DNA from: Candidatus Dojkabacteria bacterium
Lineage (GTDB): Bacteria > Patescibacteriota > Dojkabacteria > J137
Direction of reading: 5' to 3'
DNA length: 64,000 nucleotides
Assembly: GCA_030950485.1 (NCBI GenBank)
Contig: JAUZRK010000025.1
Span: forward strand, 8,236 to 72,235
Shown here: in pieces, positions 50,359-60,259 of the stretch
How the letters are laid out: every line of letters begins with the position of its first letter
How positions within the stretch are numbered: the first letter of the stretch is position 1
Position numbers and translations under genes: made by a program
Notes under the pieces: generated by a model
The model's input: the letters and a program-made list of their open reading frames with translations, nothing else
Told to the model about the DNA's origin: nothing
The model's database searches: none

Positions 50359-52233
50359 ATGAATAAAGAAAATATAAGAAATATAGCAATCATTGCTCAC
50401 GTAGATCACGGTAAAACTACATTAGTAGACGCTTTCTTAAAACAATCAAATATCTTTAGAGATAATCAAGACGAAATGAGTCAGGAAATGATTCTAGACA
50501 CTGGAGAACTTGAAAGAGAAAAAGGTATTACTATTAAAGCAAAAAATATATCAGTTAATTATAATGAACATTTTATAAATATAATTGATACTCCAGGTCA
50601 CGCTGATTTCGGAGGAGAAGTTGAAAGAACTTTAAATATGGCTGACGGTTGTTTATTAATCGTAGATGCTGCTGAAGGACCAATGCCACAAACTAGATTT
50701 GTACTTAAAAAAGCTCTTGAATTAAACCTAAAACCAATCGTTGTAATTAATAAGATTGATAAACCAAGTACAGATATAAAAAGAACTACTAGTAAGATAC
50801 AAGATTTATTCTTAGATCTTGCTACAACTGAAGATCAACTAGAATTCCCAATCTTCTACGCTATTGGTAGAGATGGAAAAGTATGGGCAGAGATGCCAGA
50901 AAATAAGGAAGAAGAAGCAGATATAAGACCATTATTGGATAAAATAATAGATTATGTACCTTCACCTAAAGGAGATGAAGAAGCACCTTTTCAAATGCAA
51001 ATAACAACTTTAGATTTTGATGACTATACTGGTACATTCCTAATTGGTAAAGTAACTAAAGGAAGTATTAAACCAGGTAAAAATGTAGTTGTAGCAATGC
51101 CAAATGAGGAAGCTGGGTATGATATTGATTCAAAAGGAAGTGTAAAAAAGGTTCTAATTAAAAGCGGTCTTGTTTTTAAAGAAGTAGATTCTGCTTCAGT
51201 TGGAGAAGTCATAGCAATAGTTGGTATAGACTCTAAAGCTATTGGAGGTACTATTTGTGACCCTCAGAATATAGAAGTACTACCTAACATTAAAATTTCA
51301 GATCCTTCAGTAAGAATTAAAATTGAAGCTAATACTTCACCTTTTATGGGTAAAGAAGGAGAATTTGTAAGTGCTAAACAATTACAATCTAGACTTGAAA
51401 GAGAATCAGACATTAACATATCTTTAGATATTGAAAAAAATGATGATGGTTCATTCTATGTAGCAGGAAGAGGAGATCTTCAATTAGCTATTTTACTAGA
51501 AGAACTAAGAAGAGAAGGATATGAGTTACAAGTAAGAAGACCTGAAGTAATAATAAAAGTAATTGATGGAAAAAAACATGAACCTGTTGAAGAGCTGTTT
51601 ATTGAAGTTCCAGATGAATATTCTGGATCAGTAATGAATGAAGTAAACTCAAAGAAAGGAGAACTTATTTCTATGGAATCAAATAATTCTCAGACATCAA
51701 TGAGATTCAAGATACTAACAGCTAATCTTTTGAGATTAAGAAATACACTTTTAACTTTAACAAAAGGAAATCTAGTAATGAGTAATTACTTAGTAGAATA
51801 TGTTGAAGTAAAACATAAAGAAAAATTCTTCAGAAGAGGAGCAATTGTTTCAACAAATGATGGACCAGCAATGGGTTACGCTCTAAATATGATTCAAGAA
51901 AGAGGAGATCTTTTAATAAAGCCTGCAACAGAGGTTTACGAGGGTATGATTATTGGTATAAACAAATACGAGCAAGATTTAGATGTAAATCCTACTAAAG
52001 CTAGAGAAAAATCAGCAGTAAGAAGAAATCAATCTGAAATTACACAAATTCAACTTAAAGGAATTAAAGAAGTTACTTTAGAATTTGCACTTCTATTCTT
52101 AGCTGAGGATGAAATTTTAGAAGTTACTCCAAAAAATCTAAGACTTAGAAAGCAATATCTAAAACAACACGAAAGAGTTTGGTCTAAAAGGAAGAATTTA
52201 ACTGAAATAGCTAAGCAAGGTCTTAGTAAGTAA
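50359..52233 (+). CDS. typA: translational GTPase TypA/BipA
   Basis: NIAIIAHVDHGKTTLVD, DTPGHADFGGEVER, NKIDKP G-domain motifs and BipA-specific C-terminal domain. Confidence 0.9.
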   Translation: MNKENIRNIAIIAHVDHGKTTLVDAFLKQSNIFRDNQDEMSQEMILDTGELEREKGITIKAKNISVNYNEHFINIIDTPGHADFGGEVERTLNMADGCLLIVDAAEGPMPQTRFVLKKALELNLKPIVVINKIDKPSTDIKRTTSKIQDLFLDLATTEDQLEFPIFYAIGRDGKVWAEMPENKEEEADIRPLLDKIIDYVPSPKGDEEAPFQMQITTLDFDDYTGTFLIGKVTKGSIKPGKNVVVAMPNEEAGYDIDSKGSVKKVLIKSGLVFKEVDSASVGEVIAIVGIDSKAIGGTICDPQNIEVLPNIKISDPSVRIKIEANTSPFMGKEGEFVSAKQLQSRLERESDINISLDIEKNDDGSFYVAGRGDLQLAILLEELRREGYELQVRRPEVIIKVIDGKKHEPVEELFIEVPDEYSGSVMNEVNSKKGELISMESNNSQTSMRFKILTANLLRLRNTLLTLTKGNLVMSNYLVEYVEVKHKEKFFRRGAIVSTNDGPAMGYALNMIQERGDLLIKPATEVYEGMIIGINKYEQDLDVNPTKAREKSAVRRNQSEITQIQLKGIKEVTLEFALLFLAEDEILEVTPKNLRLRKQYLKQHERVWSKRKNLTEIAKQGLSK

Positions 52234-52446
52234 AGTAAATTCTTGTATAAAATGAGCATTCTAGATAAAGCAGTAGCAGACATTGGTGATTCAGCAACAT
52301 AATTTGCAAGAGATCTAGTAAGAGCTGCTGGGTTTAGTAAGTATGGAGAATACTACGTAGGAACTACAGTAGATGGTATCCCAATATTTGATAGACCACT
52401 AACAACAGAGAGTAGTAAGAATGATGATAATAGCTACTCTAACACT

Positions 52447-53055
52447 ATGCCCTCTTCAGCCAAATTACCCAAATCTCTAATTCAGTTAAACTCAAATTCA
52501 GTTCCTGAAATGCTAGACCCTAAAATCCATGGTGTCCTAACTATAGAAGAAATACTGAATAATCCAGAAGTTGTTGCAGTAGATATTGCGTGCGGTTTTG
52601 GTAGAGCTATGACAGAAGCTGCTTTAAAATATCCAGCCTCATTCATAGGATTGGACCTAAACTTAAGTATAGAAAACGATAGCAACAGCGTACTTACAAA
52701 AAGAATTGAGAATTTGCCTAAAAATCTAGCTTTAGTTCAGGGAAATTGGTCAAATTTACCTATTAAAACAAATTCTACTGATGTAATCTTTAATGTAGAA
52801 GGAGCAGGGGCTTGGCTAAGAACTGATGCTGCTCAAGTCGCAAGTGAACTTACTAGAATAGCGAAACCTGGATGCGTTATATATGGAACAGAGAGGGCCA
52901 AGGATGGAACTAAAAACTATGTCGAAGTTGTAGCAAATACTATTCTAAATGATGAGCTTACTAGATTAGGTTTGACTAAATATTTATTTTATACCGGCGA
53001 TATCGATGTAGATAAGTTTAATGTCTATTTTCCTGTTTGGGTATATAACGTCTGA
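52447..53055 (+). CDS. class I SAM-dependent methyltransferase (frame open upstream to ATG 52252 but interrupted by TAA 52300-52302)
   Basis: Motif I VVAVDIACGFGRA; in-frame upstream sequence MSILDKAVADIGDSAT*FARDLV... suggests either N-terminal truncation by nonsense mutation or use of Met 52447. Confidence 0.55.
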   Translation: MPSSAKLPKSLIQLNSNSVPEMLDPKIHGVLTIEEILNNPEVVAVDIACGFGRAMTEAALKYPASFIGLDLNLSIENDSNSVLTKRIENLPKNLALVQGNWSNLPIKTNSTDVIFNVEGAGAWLRTDAAQVASELTRIAKPGCVIYGTERAKDGTKNYVEVVANTILNDELTRLGLTKYLFYTGDIDVDKFNVYFPVWVYNV

Positions 53056-53058
53056 TAT

Positions 53059-53367
53059 TTAATCTTTATCAATAACTTTACTTACTCTAATGTACCCGTT
53101 CTTTGATCTCCCGTTAGTTGCATTGCTAAGTAGCTTTTCTTTACTTAATGTAGAAGCTTTTACTTCGTCTTTTCTTAAAACATTTCCATTATAGTCTGCT
53201 AAATTATGCTCAAACTCAAGTCCATCAGTAGCACATTCATCAATTAATGAAATATAACTTAAAATAGAGTTAAACTCTCCTTCATACTTATCTAATTCTT
53301 CTTCATTCAAATCTAATTTTGATAATTTTGCTATATGAGAAACTTGCTCTTTTGTAATTTTATTCAT
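53059..53367 (-). CDS. gatC: Asp-tRNA(Asn)/Glu-tRNA(Gln) amidotransferase subunit C
   Basis: 102 aa; ITKEQVSHIAKLSKLDLNEEELDKYEGEFNSILSYI typical GatC. Confidence 0.8.
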   Translation of the reverse strand: MNKITKEQVSHIAKLSKLDLNEEELDKYEGEFNSILSYISLIDECATDGLEFEHNLADYNGNVLRKDEVKASTLSKEKLLSNATNGRSKNGYIRVSKVIDKD

Positions 53368-53386
53368 ATATATCTCTTATAAAATT

Positions 53387-53995
53387 TTATACCTCCTCTA
53401 TACCTTTTAATTCAATTCTCTCTAGCTTTCTGTATATTGGGCTAAAATCTGGTTGAATTATACTTTCTACAAAATACATTTCATTTATAACTGCTGGTTT
53501 AAAATTTGGTATTTTAAAACCTTCAGTCATTTTAATGATCTCTTTTGAATTCTTAGTAGTTGCAGTATTTTTAAGTCTAGAAAGAGTTATATGGTTATTT
53601 ATTGAATATTTTTGCTTCCAATATATTGTATCGGATATTTTTAATTCTTTAATAACAGAATGTGTATCTTTAACTAAATTATTGAAAGAATCATTCTGTC
53701 TCAATCTAGCCATTAATATACGCTTTTGTTTTATATTCTGCATTTTAAATCCTAATTTCACTGAACTTATATGCAGTTTTATTGGTTTAAAAACATCTTC
53801 TCTTTTCTTAAACTCCTCAACTAAATAATCTTTAGTTTCTAGACTAACTCTTGGACCAATAAACTTAACTGTAAGATGCATTTGATCTACAGGTGTATGC
53901 TTTAAATTTCTTTTTTCTTTTGCGTATCTCCTTAAAGTATCTCTAAAATAATCTAGATATTCTTTTGGTGGAAATACTGCTAAAAATAATCTCAC
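53387..53995 (-). CDS. thpR: RNA 2',3'-cyclic phosphodiesterase (2H phosphoesterase, LigT/ThpR family)
   Basis: Two HxTx motifs (MHLTVKFIG and NHITLSRL). Confidence 0.7.
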   Translation of the reverse strand: MRLFLAVFPPKEYLDYFRDTLRRYAKEKRNLKHTPVDQMHLTVKFIGPRVSLETKDYLVEEFKKREDVFKPIKLHISSVKLGFKMQNIKQKRILMARLRQNDSFNNLVKDTHSVIKELKISDTIYWKQKYSINNHITLSRLKNTATTKNSKEIIKMTEGFKIPNFKPAVINEMYFVESIIQPDFSPIYRKLERIELKGIEEV

Positions 53996-54030
53996 TTCTT
54001 TTAATTTATAAATTTAATTACTACTTTAGA

Positions 54031-55077
54031 CTATACTAGGCTCTTCTGATCGTCTTCACTATCTTCTTCATCATTATCATCATGAACTCCATTATTCAAA
54101 TTAATAATTGGTCCCTTCTTATAATTCCAGATTTTTACATTCTCTAAATACCAAATTCTCTTACTAAAGTCTTCATCATCTTCCATTTGAGATTGAATAG
54201 TGTAAGCAGATCTTGGCTTAGCGGAAGTTTCATCTATGTATGATAGCATTAAAGCTTCAGTTGTTGCAGGATTTACTGGAGAACCATATTCATATTTACC
54301 ATGATGAGACAAAATAAGGTGTTTGATATGAATTAATTTATCTTCATCCATTTTAGCCTTAGCGTAACTATTAAAAAGTTCAGTACCTAAGTAAACATGA
54401 CCTAGTAAATTACCTTTTTTAGAATAAGGTAAACTAATGTTAGTTGCATCTATCTCGTCTAATTTACCTAAATCATGAAGTATTATTCCTGCCAAAAGTA
54501 TGCTGTAGTCTACATTTGGATAAAATCTTTCTAGACCCTTAGAAATAGCTATCATTTCAAGAATATGTTGTAAAAATCCTGATCTAAATCCATGATGAAT
54601 AAAAGTAGATGCAGGCCAGTACTTCAATTTTCTTTTAATTTCTGTATCATTTAAAATTTCTAAAAGAACTGCTTTAATTTCCTCATCTTCAGCTTTTTCT
54701 ACTTCTTCTAAAAGTTCAGCATACATTTCATCTGCATCAAATTCACTAGATTCGATAAATTCTTCTAATGAGCTTTCATCTACGCTTTCAAGAGAATAAA
54801 TAACTAATTGAGGTGCTCCTCTATATTCATCTACTTTTCCAGATAATTTTACTACTTTGCCTGCTGTTATTGCTTTTCTATCTACCTTTGGTAGCGCTGT
54901 AGACCAAATTTTTGCTGGTATTCGCCCAGTTTTATCTCCTATCACTAGATCATAATAAGGATTTCCATTCTTATCCTCTGATTGTTTTTTATCAAAAATT
55001 GCAAATGTTTCAGAATCGAACACCTGTCCCTTTTGTAAATCTTTTATATATAAAGTTTTCATAGAATTTATTAACAA
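54031..55077 (-). CDS. YhaM-like 3'-5' exoribonuclease (OB-fold + HD domain)
   Basis: N-terminal OB-fold region; HD motif region HHGF...ILHDLGK...HLILSHHGKYEYGSP. Confidence 0.65.
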   Translation of the reverse strand: MLINSMKTLYIKDLQKGQVFDSETFAIFDKKQSEDKNGNPYYDLVIGDKTGRIPAKIWSTALPKVDRKAITAGKVVKLSGKVDEYRGAPQLVIYSLESVDESSLEEFIESSEFDADEMYAELLEEVEKAEDEEIKAVLLEILNDTEIKRKLKYWPASTFIHHGFRSGFLQHILEMIAISKGLERFYPNVDYSILLAGIILHDLGKLDEIDATNISLPYSKKGNLLGHVYLGTELFNSYAKAKMDEDKLIHIKHLILSHHGKYEYGSPVNPATTEALMLSYIDETSAKPRSAYTIQSQMEDDEDFSKRIWYLENVKIWNYKKGPIINLNNGVHDDNDEEDSEDDQKSLV

Positions 55078-55097
55078 TGATTATTATACACTATCTT

Positions 55098-57062
55098 TTA
55101 TTTTTTTGATTTTTCGCTTAAATCTACTTCTACTCTTTCTTCAAAAGTTGAAACTGAAGAATGTTTATAAGCCTCTTGCATTACAAACTTTATTTCTTTA
55201 CCTCCAACCCTATATTTATAAGTAAGTACAGCTAAAAGCATGATTAAGATAGAAATTATTAAGTAAGTATAGTTTGATCCTCCACCTATGCTAGTTTTTG
55301 GAATTATTCCTCCTGTTGTTATTATTGTACATGTAATAGCTGTTCTTAAATCAAAGCTAGACTGATTATCCTGCTCTATAGATGTATCGTACTGGACTGT
55401 TGCAACATTATAAATACCATTTGTAAATAATGAAATATTTTCATTAGGTATAGTCACAGTATATGTATAAATTTTAGTTTCTCCAGCATTAAAACTACTT
55501 CCTCCCCAAGTAATGACACCTCCTGATAAACCTCCTGTTGGGTTTATACTTGAAGGAGTAACGCCTATTGACAATAATTTTGAATCATATCTATCCTCTA
55601 AAAAATCAATACTTCCTGTTACTGAACTAACATTTGTTACTGATACTCTATATGTAATAACCGCATCGCCATCTACTGAACAAGAGTTAGCTATTGCATC
55701 TTTAGTAATTACAAAATTAGGATCTATAACACCTGTATCTTCTACAGTTATAGTATCGTCAATACAACTTGATGATTGTGTGATTTCACTAGAAAGATCT
55801 AAAACATTTTCATATGCTTTTACATTAAAAGTACCAGCTGTTAACGTATTTGTAACAGTTCCTGTACTATCTGCTGCTTCCCAAACAAAAGTATATGTCC
55901 AAACATCATCTACATTATCAAAACTTGTTTCGAATGGACGTACATAGCTAAATCCTTTATTTTGATTATCACGTCCTCTACTACCTTCTACAATTATTCC
56001 TATATTTGGTAGTGGATTAGTACTTGATGAACTGCTGTACTGAAGGATATATGTTGCAGTGTTCCCAGAACCTAAACCTACTGAAGCAGTTGTCGTTTTA
56101 GCAAAATCTAAACAAGCTTCATTATCTTCAGATTCATCTGTAGGATCACATTCTCCTCCATCTCCATTACCATCAGGATAACAACCTGGATCCTCGTTAC
56201 CAGGGTTACAATCAATAGTACCATCATCGTCATTGTCTATCCCGTCACTACACTCTGTTGTAATCTCGCAAGTCGAGCTACAACCATCACCATTAATTAC
56301 ATTTCCATCGTCACAAGCTTCGTCATCTTCCATAACCCCATTTCCACAAATTGGATCACTCGTAGATTCAATTTTACATGTTGAATCACACCCGTCGCCA
56401 TTTACAATGTTTCCGTCATCGCACTGCTCTCCAGACTCCATATTTCCATTTCCACAAACTGGATTTAAAACCGGACAGTCCCCGCCATATGCAGCAGTAC
56501 CAAACCAAGTTCCACCTATTTGTATATCTATCTGTTTACATTGACCACAAGCAGCACCATTTGCATCGTATCTACCTGGTGAACTTGCAGTAAAAGTCTG
56601 TCGATTTGTACTAGTACCAACACAATCTTGATTAGTAATTTTCCCATCACCATTTTTATCAGATGCAGCGCCTGTAAAGCTAACAGCTTCATTAATATTA
56701 CAATTACTGCTTATATCTATATAAGATCCTGCAACTGAAGGATTATCTACATTACAATTATTGCCTCCAGGATCAGTTCCAGAACAATAAGATGGTGCTT
56801 GGTTATAGTTATAATCTGGTCTTACAGCTGAACCGACATTTGTACAGAATTCTGCTGCTCTTTCGTCACATGAGCCTTGCGGAGCACTACAGTCAGGCCC
56901 AAATTCAGAACCATCAAGACACGAACCTCCTATACAAGCTACACTCGCAGACGTATCTTCTGGTGCTGTTTCTTGAGAAGACTTATAGGCTATATAAATA
57001 GAAGCACTAGCTAAAACTAGTGTAAATATTAGTAAAAATGCAACTATAATTCTTTTTTTCAT
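55098..57062 (-). CDS. large secreted surface protein with Myxococcus-type cysteine-rich repeats and C-terminal TM anchor
   Basis: Signal peptide; three CGNG(x)ME..E(Q/A)CDDGN..NGDGC(D/S)STC repeats; Asp-rich region; C-terminal hydrophobic helix + basic tail. Confidence 0.65.
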   Translation of the reverse strand: MKKRIIVAFLLIFTLVLASASIYIAYKSSQETAPEDTSASVACIGGSCLDGSEFGPDCSAPQGSCDERAAEFCTNVGSAVRPDYNYNQAPSYCSGTDPGGNNCNVDNPSVAGSYIDISSNCNINEAVSFTGAASDKNGDGKITNQDCVGTSTNRQTFTASSPGRYDANGAACGQCKQIDIQIGGTWFGTAAYGGDCPVLNPVCGNGNMESGEQCDDGNIVNGDGCDSTCKIESTSDPICGNGVMEDDEACDDGNVINGDGCSSTCEITTECSDGIDNDDDGTIDCNPGNEDPGCYPDGNGDGGECDPTDESEDNEACLDFAKTTTASVGLGSGNTATYILQYSSSSSTNPLPNIGIIVEGSRGRDNQNKGFSYVRPFETSFDNVDDVWTYTFVWEAADSTGTVTNTLTAGTFNVKAYENVLDLSSEITQSSSCIDDTITVEDTGVIDPNFVITKDAIANSCSVDGDAVITYRVSVTNVSSVTGSIDFLEDRYDSKLLSIGVTPSSINPTGGLSGGVITWGGSSFNAGETKIYTYTVTIPNENISLFTNGIYNVATVQYDTSIEQDNQSSFDLRTAITCTIITTGGIIPKTSIGGGSNYTYLIISILIMLLAVLTYKYRVGGKEIKFVMQEAYKHSSVSTFEERVEVDLSEKSKK

Positions 57063-57065
57063 AAG

Positions 57066-57365
57066 CTAGAAGTCTAATAAGTCAGTATGTTCGCTTAAAT
57101 AATAACCCCAAATAAGAACTAAACTTATAATTTGTATACCTATAGAAATCATTATTCTACCAATTGCCCCGGGTTTTAATAATATTGTATTACCTAGGAT
57201 TTTGACTAGATTTAATCCAATTGAAACTAAGTTAACAAATAACAAAGCTAAACCAACTGCTATTAAAGCACCTTCTTCGCCTAAAGAAGTACTACTTAAA
57301 AGATATATTGCAGCTACTGGTATTGCAAATGCTCTTAAAACTATAAAAAATAATGTATTAATCAT
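57066..57365 (-). CDS. small membrane protein
   Basis: 99 aa, 3 TM helices. Confidence 0.4.
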   Translation of the reverse strand: MINTLFFIVLRAFAIPVAAIYLLSSTSLGEEGALIAVGLALLFVNLVSIGLNLVKILGNTILLKPGAIGRIMISIGIQIISLVLIWGYYLSEHTDLLDF

Positions 57366-57369
57366 TTTT

Positions 57370-58908
57370 TTAAATATTTTCTAAAATCTTAGAATATGCT
57401 ACTAATGAAAAAACTCCTAGTAACAAGATACCTAAAATTAATGAATAATGTAAGTATCTTTCCTTATCATTAGGAAGAAACTTAAATCTAGGAAGGGAAT
57501 TAGAAAAATCTAAATTATTAATATTACTTTTTTTAATTCTCAAATCTATAACATTTAGAGCAAGTATCACCCATAATATAATAATTGAGTATAGTCCTAT
57601 GTATATAAAGAATGATAGTATAAATAAAAAGATAGTAACAAAAAGATTAAAAGCATAAATATTTACTTTACTATTATTCTTAAGTTGTAAACTTTCTTTA
57701 AAAGATTTTCCGCTAGCAAAAATAAAGGTAGCAAATAAAAATAGATATCCTATAAAATTCACTAGCCCTCCTGATCTTAGTATATTTTCGAAAAATGATT
57801 TACTAGTCCTAACGTTAGTTATTCCAAGTCCTTTATCACCAGCTCCAATACCCATTAATAATTCTTTGGTGCTGTTATCAATTAATTTAAAACCTCTTTG
57901 AAATGAATCCTTAGCATCTAGAATAAAACTAGAATTATAATTTGAATTCATACTTGCAACTAAAAGTAATAATAACAAGAGAAAAGGAGATATTAAAATA
58001 AGTAGTTTAATGATGCTAATTACAGTTTCTTGAAAACTAACAGCTATATCAGATTCTGAATTCTTTAAGCTCTTAGAAAATCTTGTAAAAGAAGACTTAA
58101 TATTTTTAATACTTACTAAGAAATATCTTGGTCTAAAAAACAATACAATAGCTAGTAAAGAGAATGATGCAATTAGTGCTGAAAATATTATTTGTAAGAA
58201 CATATCATTACTTACAAGATCCTTTTCAAAAATTCTATAAGAAAAAGTAATTGCTCCTAAAAAGTAAATATAGTAATAATTCTTACTTTTTAATCCCAAC
58301 ATAATCAGTAAAGGTACTGAAAGAATAAGAGGTAAAATTTCTAGCCCATTCGTATCTATAAAAAATGAGGTTAGTGAAAAAATTATTAGTGAGTAAAGGA
58401 AACTTTTTCTAATAAAATCAAAACTTTTCTTTGAAAAGCTTAAATTCGTAAAAATACTAAAAATACCTATTAGTAATATTATAGTAAGAGCTGAGAAAGC
58501 TTTAATATCAATACTTCCAAAGGAATTATAGCTAGAGTTTTCTACAATTAGCGATGGAATTGATGTAATTAAAGCAAATACTAATACTGGTAGTATATAT
58601 GGCGTTGAGATACAATCATCTTTGTTCTTATCTTTAAGTATTAAATATTTAGAAACTACAAATAGTGTAAAGGATACTATTGTAATTTTACTAAAGAAAA
58701 CTAGTAAAGAGCCTTCAAAAGAATATTCACTATACAATTTATACGAAAATGGAAGTAAAATAAAAACTACGGATAGAAAAAGTATATTAAATCCATTAAT
58801 TAGCTTAAATATATTTGATACATCTTTATCTTTTACACTTGGAATTGGCATGTTTAGGCTTATTTTCTTGTTGTTGAGTGCTGGAACTTGTAATATAATT
58901 CTCTTCAT
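57370..58908 (-). CDS. polytopic membrane protein (possibly O-antigen ligase/polymerase-like)
   Basis: 512 aa, more than 10 TM helices; no firm motif. Confidence 0.45.
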   Translation of the reverse strand: MKRIILQVPALNNKKISLNMPIPSVKDKDVSNIFKLINGFNILFLSVVFILLPFSYKLYSEYSFEGSLLVFFSKITIVSFTLFVVSKYLILKDKNKDDCISTPYILPVLVFALITSIPSLIVENSSYNSFGSIDIKAFSALTIILLIGIFSIFTNLSFSKKSFDFIRKSFLYSLIIFSLTSFFIDTNGLEILPLILSVPLLIMLGLKSKNYYYIYFLGAITFSYRIFEKDLVSNDMFLQIIFSALIASFSLLAIVLFFRPRYFLVSIKNIKSSFTRFSKSLKNSESDIAVSFQETVISIIKLLILISPFLLLLLLLVASMNSNYNSSFILDAKDSFQRGFKLIDNSTKELLMGIGAGDKGLGITNVRTSKSFFENILRSGGLVNFIGYLFLFATFIFASGKSFKESLQLKNNSKVNIYAFNLFVTIFLFILSFFIYIGLYSIIILWVILALNVIDLRIKKSNINNLDFSNSLPRFKFLPNDKERYLHYSLILGILLLGVFSLVAYSKILENI

Positions 58909-58988
58909 AAAGGCTCATTTAAAATCTCTTATAAATAAAAGGATATATTAAAAAAATACTTATATCAATAATATATGTATTTTTTCGT

Positions 58989-59060
58989 TCAGGGGTCGTC
59001 TAATGGTAGGACTTTGGTTTCTGGTACCAACTATCGGGGTTCGAGTCCCTGCCCCTGAAT
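58989..59060 (+). tRNA. tRNA-Gln (CTG)
   Basis: Acceptor TCAGGGG/CCCCTGA (U1:A72), anticodon stem TTGGT/ACCAA loop TTCTGGT, T-arm CGGGGTTCGAGTCCCTG. Confidence 0.8.
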
Positions 59061-59064
59061 ATTA

Positions 59065-60183
59065 CTATCTAGGTTCGTATGGTACATAATCATACGGATT
59101 AATTGCTATTTTATCTTTCCAAAGAATAAAGTGAACATGTGTTCCCGTACTAAATCCTGTAGTTCCCATAAACATAAGTGGATCTCCTTGTAAAACAGTG
59201 TCACCTTTTTTTACGTAAAGAGTTCCATTTCCATGAAAATATTCAGTTTCAATACCTCCTCCGTGATCTAATCTTACATAATAACCTTGTCCTCCAGATC
59301 CCCAACCGGCATATGTTACAACTCCGTTTGCAACTGCTGATATTACACAACCTCTACCAAGAGCCATATCTACTCCATTGTGATAACTTAAGAATCCTCT
59401 TGAAATAATATATCCATCACATGACGGATCGTATAGCGGGTTTATGAATACATTTTTAGGTATGTCAATTGTTCCCTCTCCTCTTGTATCTTTCAAATTT
59501 CCATCAGGAATAAAAAGAGTTTGTCCGCCTTGAAGCTCATATGGAGGAGTAAGTCTATTAAACTCTACTATAGTAAATCTATTTGCTTCACTATTCTCTA
59601 CACTTGCATCAGCAATAATACTGTCTATAGTATCTCCTTTCTTAACATTATATATGACGCCATTAATTTCAGGTATAGTTAGTTCCCAGCCAGGTTCAAG
59701 TTTATCTGAAAAAGCAAGGCTTCCAACTCGTAAGTTAGCCCATCTAACTGTATCTTCTGTAATTCCATATTTTGCTGCAATATCTTGTAAAGTATCATCT
59801 TGATTAACTGTATATTTATATGTTTTAATTCCTCCAATACTTGGATCAGTTAATAAAACGGTTTCTATGCTACCACCTTGATCTAGAACATCGCTTTGAC
59901 CCAATACGTTAGCTGAAAATCCCTCTGAAGTAGCGTTTACATTTGAAGTTATCTTATAAACCAGACCAGATAAACCTATTGCAAGTGTTGTTATTAATAT
60001 AAACAGATGAGTAAAATTCCTGTAAAATTTACCTCTTCCCCAAAACATTCGACTCAAAACCTTTAGTTTTAGTTGTGTAAAAATTTCACTAATTATCTCT
60101 AGCTCTTTCATGCTTATTTTTTCCTTTCTGCTTGTCTTATTTCTCTCTACTACTCTACCAATTCTTAGATTTTTGTTATCCAC
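59065..60183 (-). CDS. M23-family metallopeptidase with LysM domains
   Basis: LysM-like segments (TYKYTVNQDDTLQDIAAKYGI...), C-terminal HxxxD...H..H M23 core (GIETEYFHGNG...GFSTGTHVHF). Confidence 0.75.
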   Translation of the reverse strand: MDNKNLRIGRVVERNKTSRKEKISMKELEIISEIFTQLKLKVLSRMFWGRGKFYRNFTHLFILITTLAIGLSGLVYKITSNVNATSEGFSANVLGQSDVLDQGGSIETVLLTDPSIGGIKTYKYTVNQDDTLQDIAAKYGITEDTVRWANLRVGSLAFSDKLEPGWELTIPEINGVIYNVKKGDTIDSIIADASVENSEANRFTIVEFNRLTPPYELQGGQTLFIPDGNLKDTRGEGTIDIPKNVFINPLYDPSCDGYIISRGFLSYHNGVDMALGRGCVISAVANGVVTYAGWGSGGQGYYVRLDHGGGIETEYFHGNGTLYVKKGDTVLQGDPLMFMGTTGFSTGTHVHFILWKDKIAINPYDYVPYEPR

Positions 60184-60259
60184 TTTCTATTATTTTAAAC
60201 AGCATTATTCTACCACAGTGCAAAAAAAAATATTTTAAAATAAGTAAAGATACATTAGA

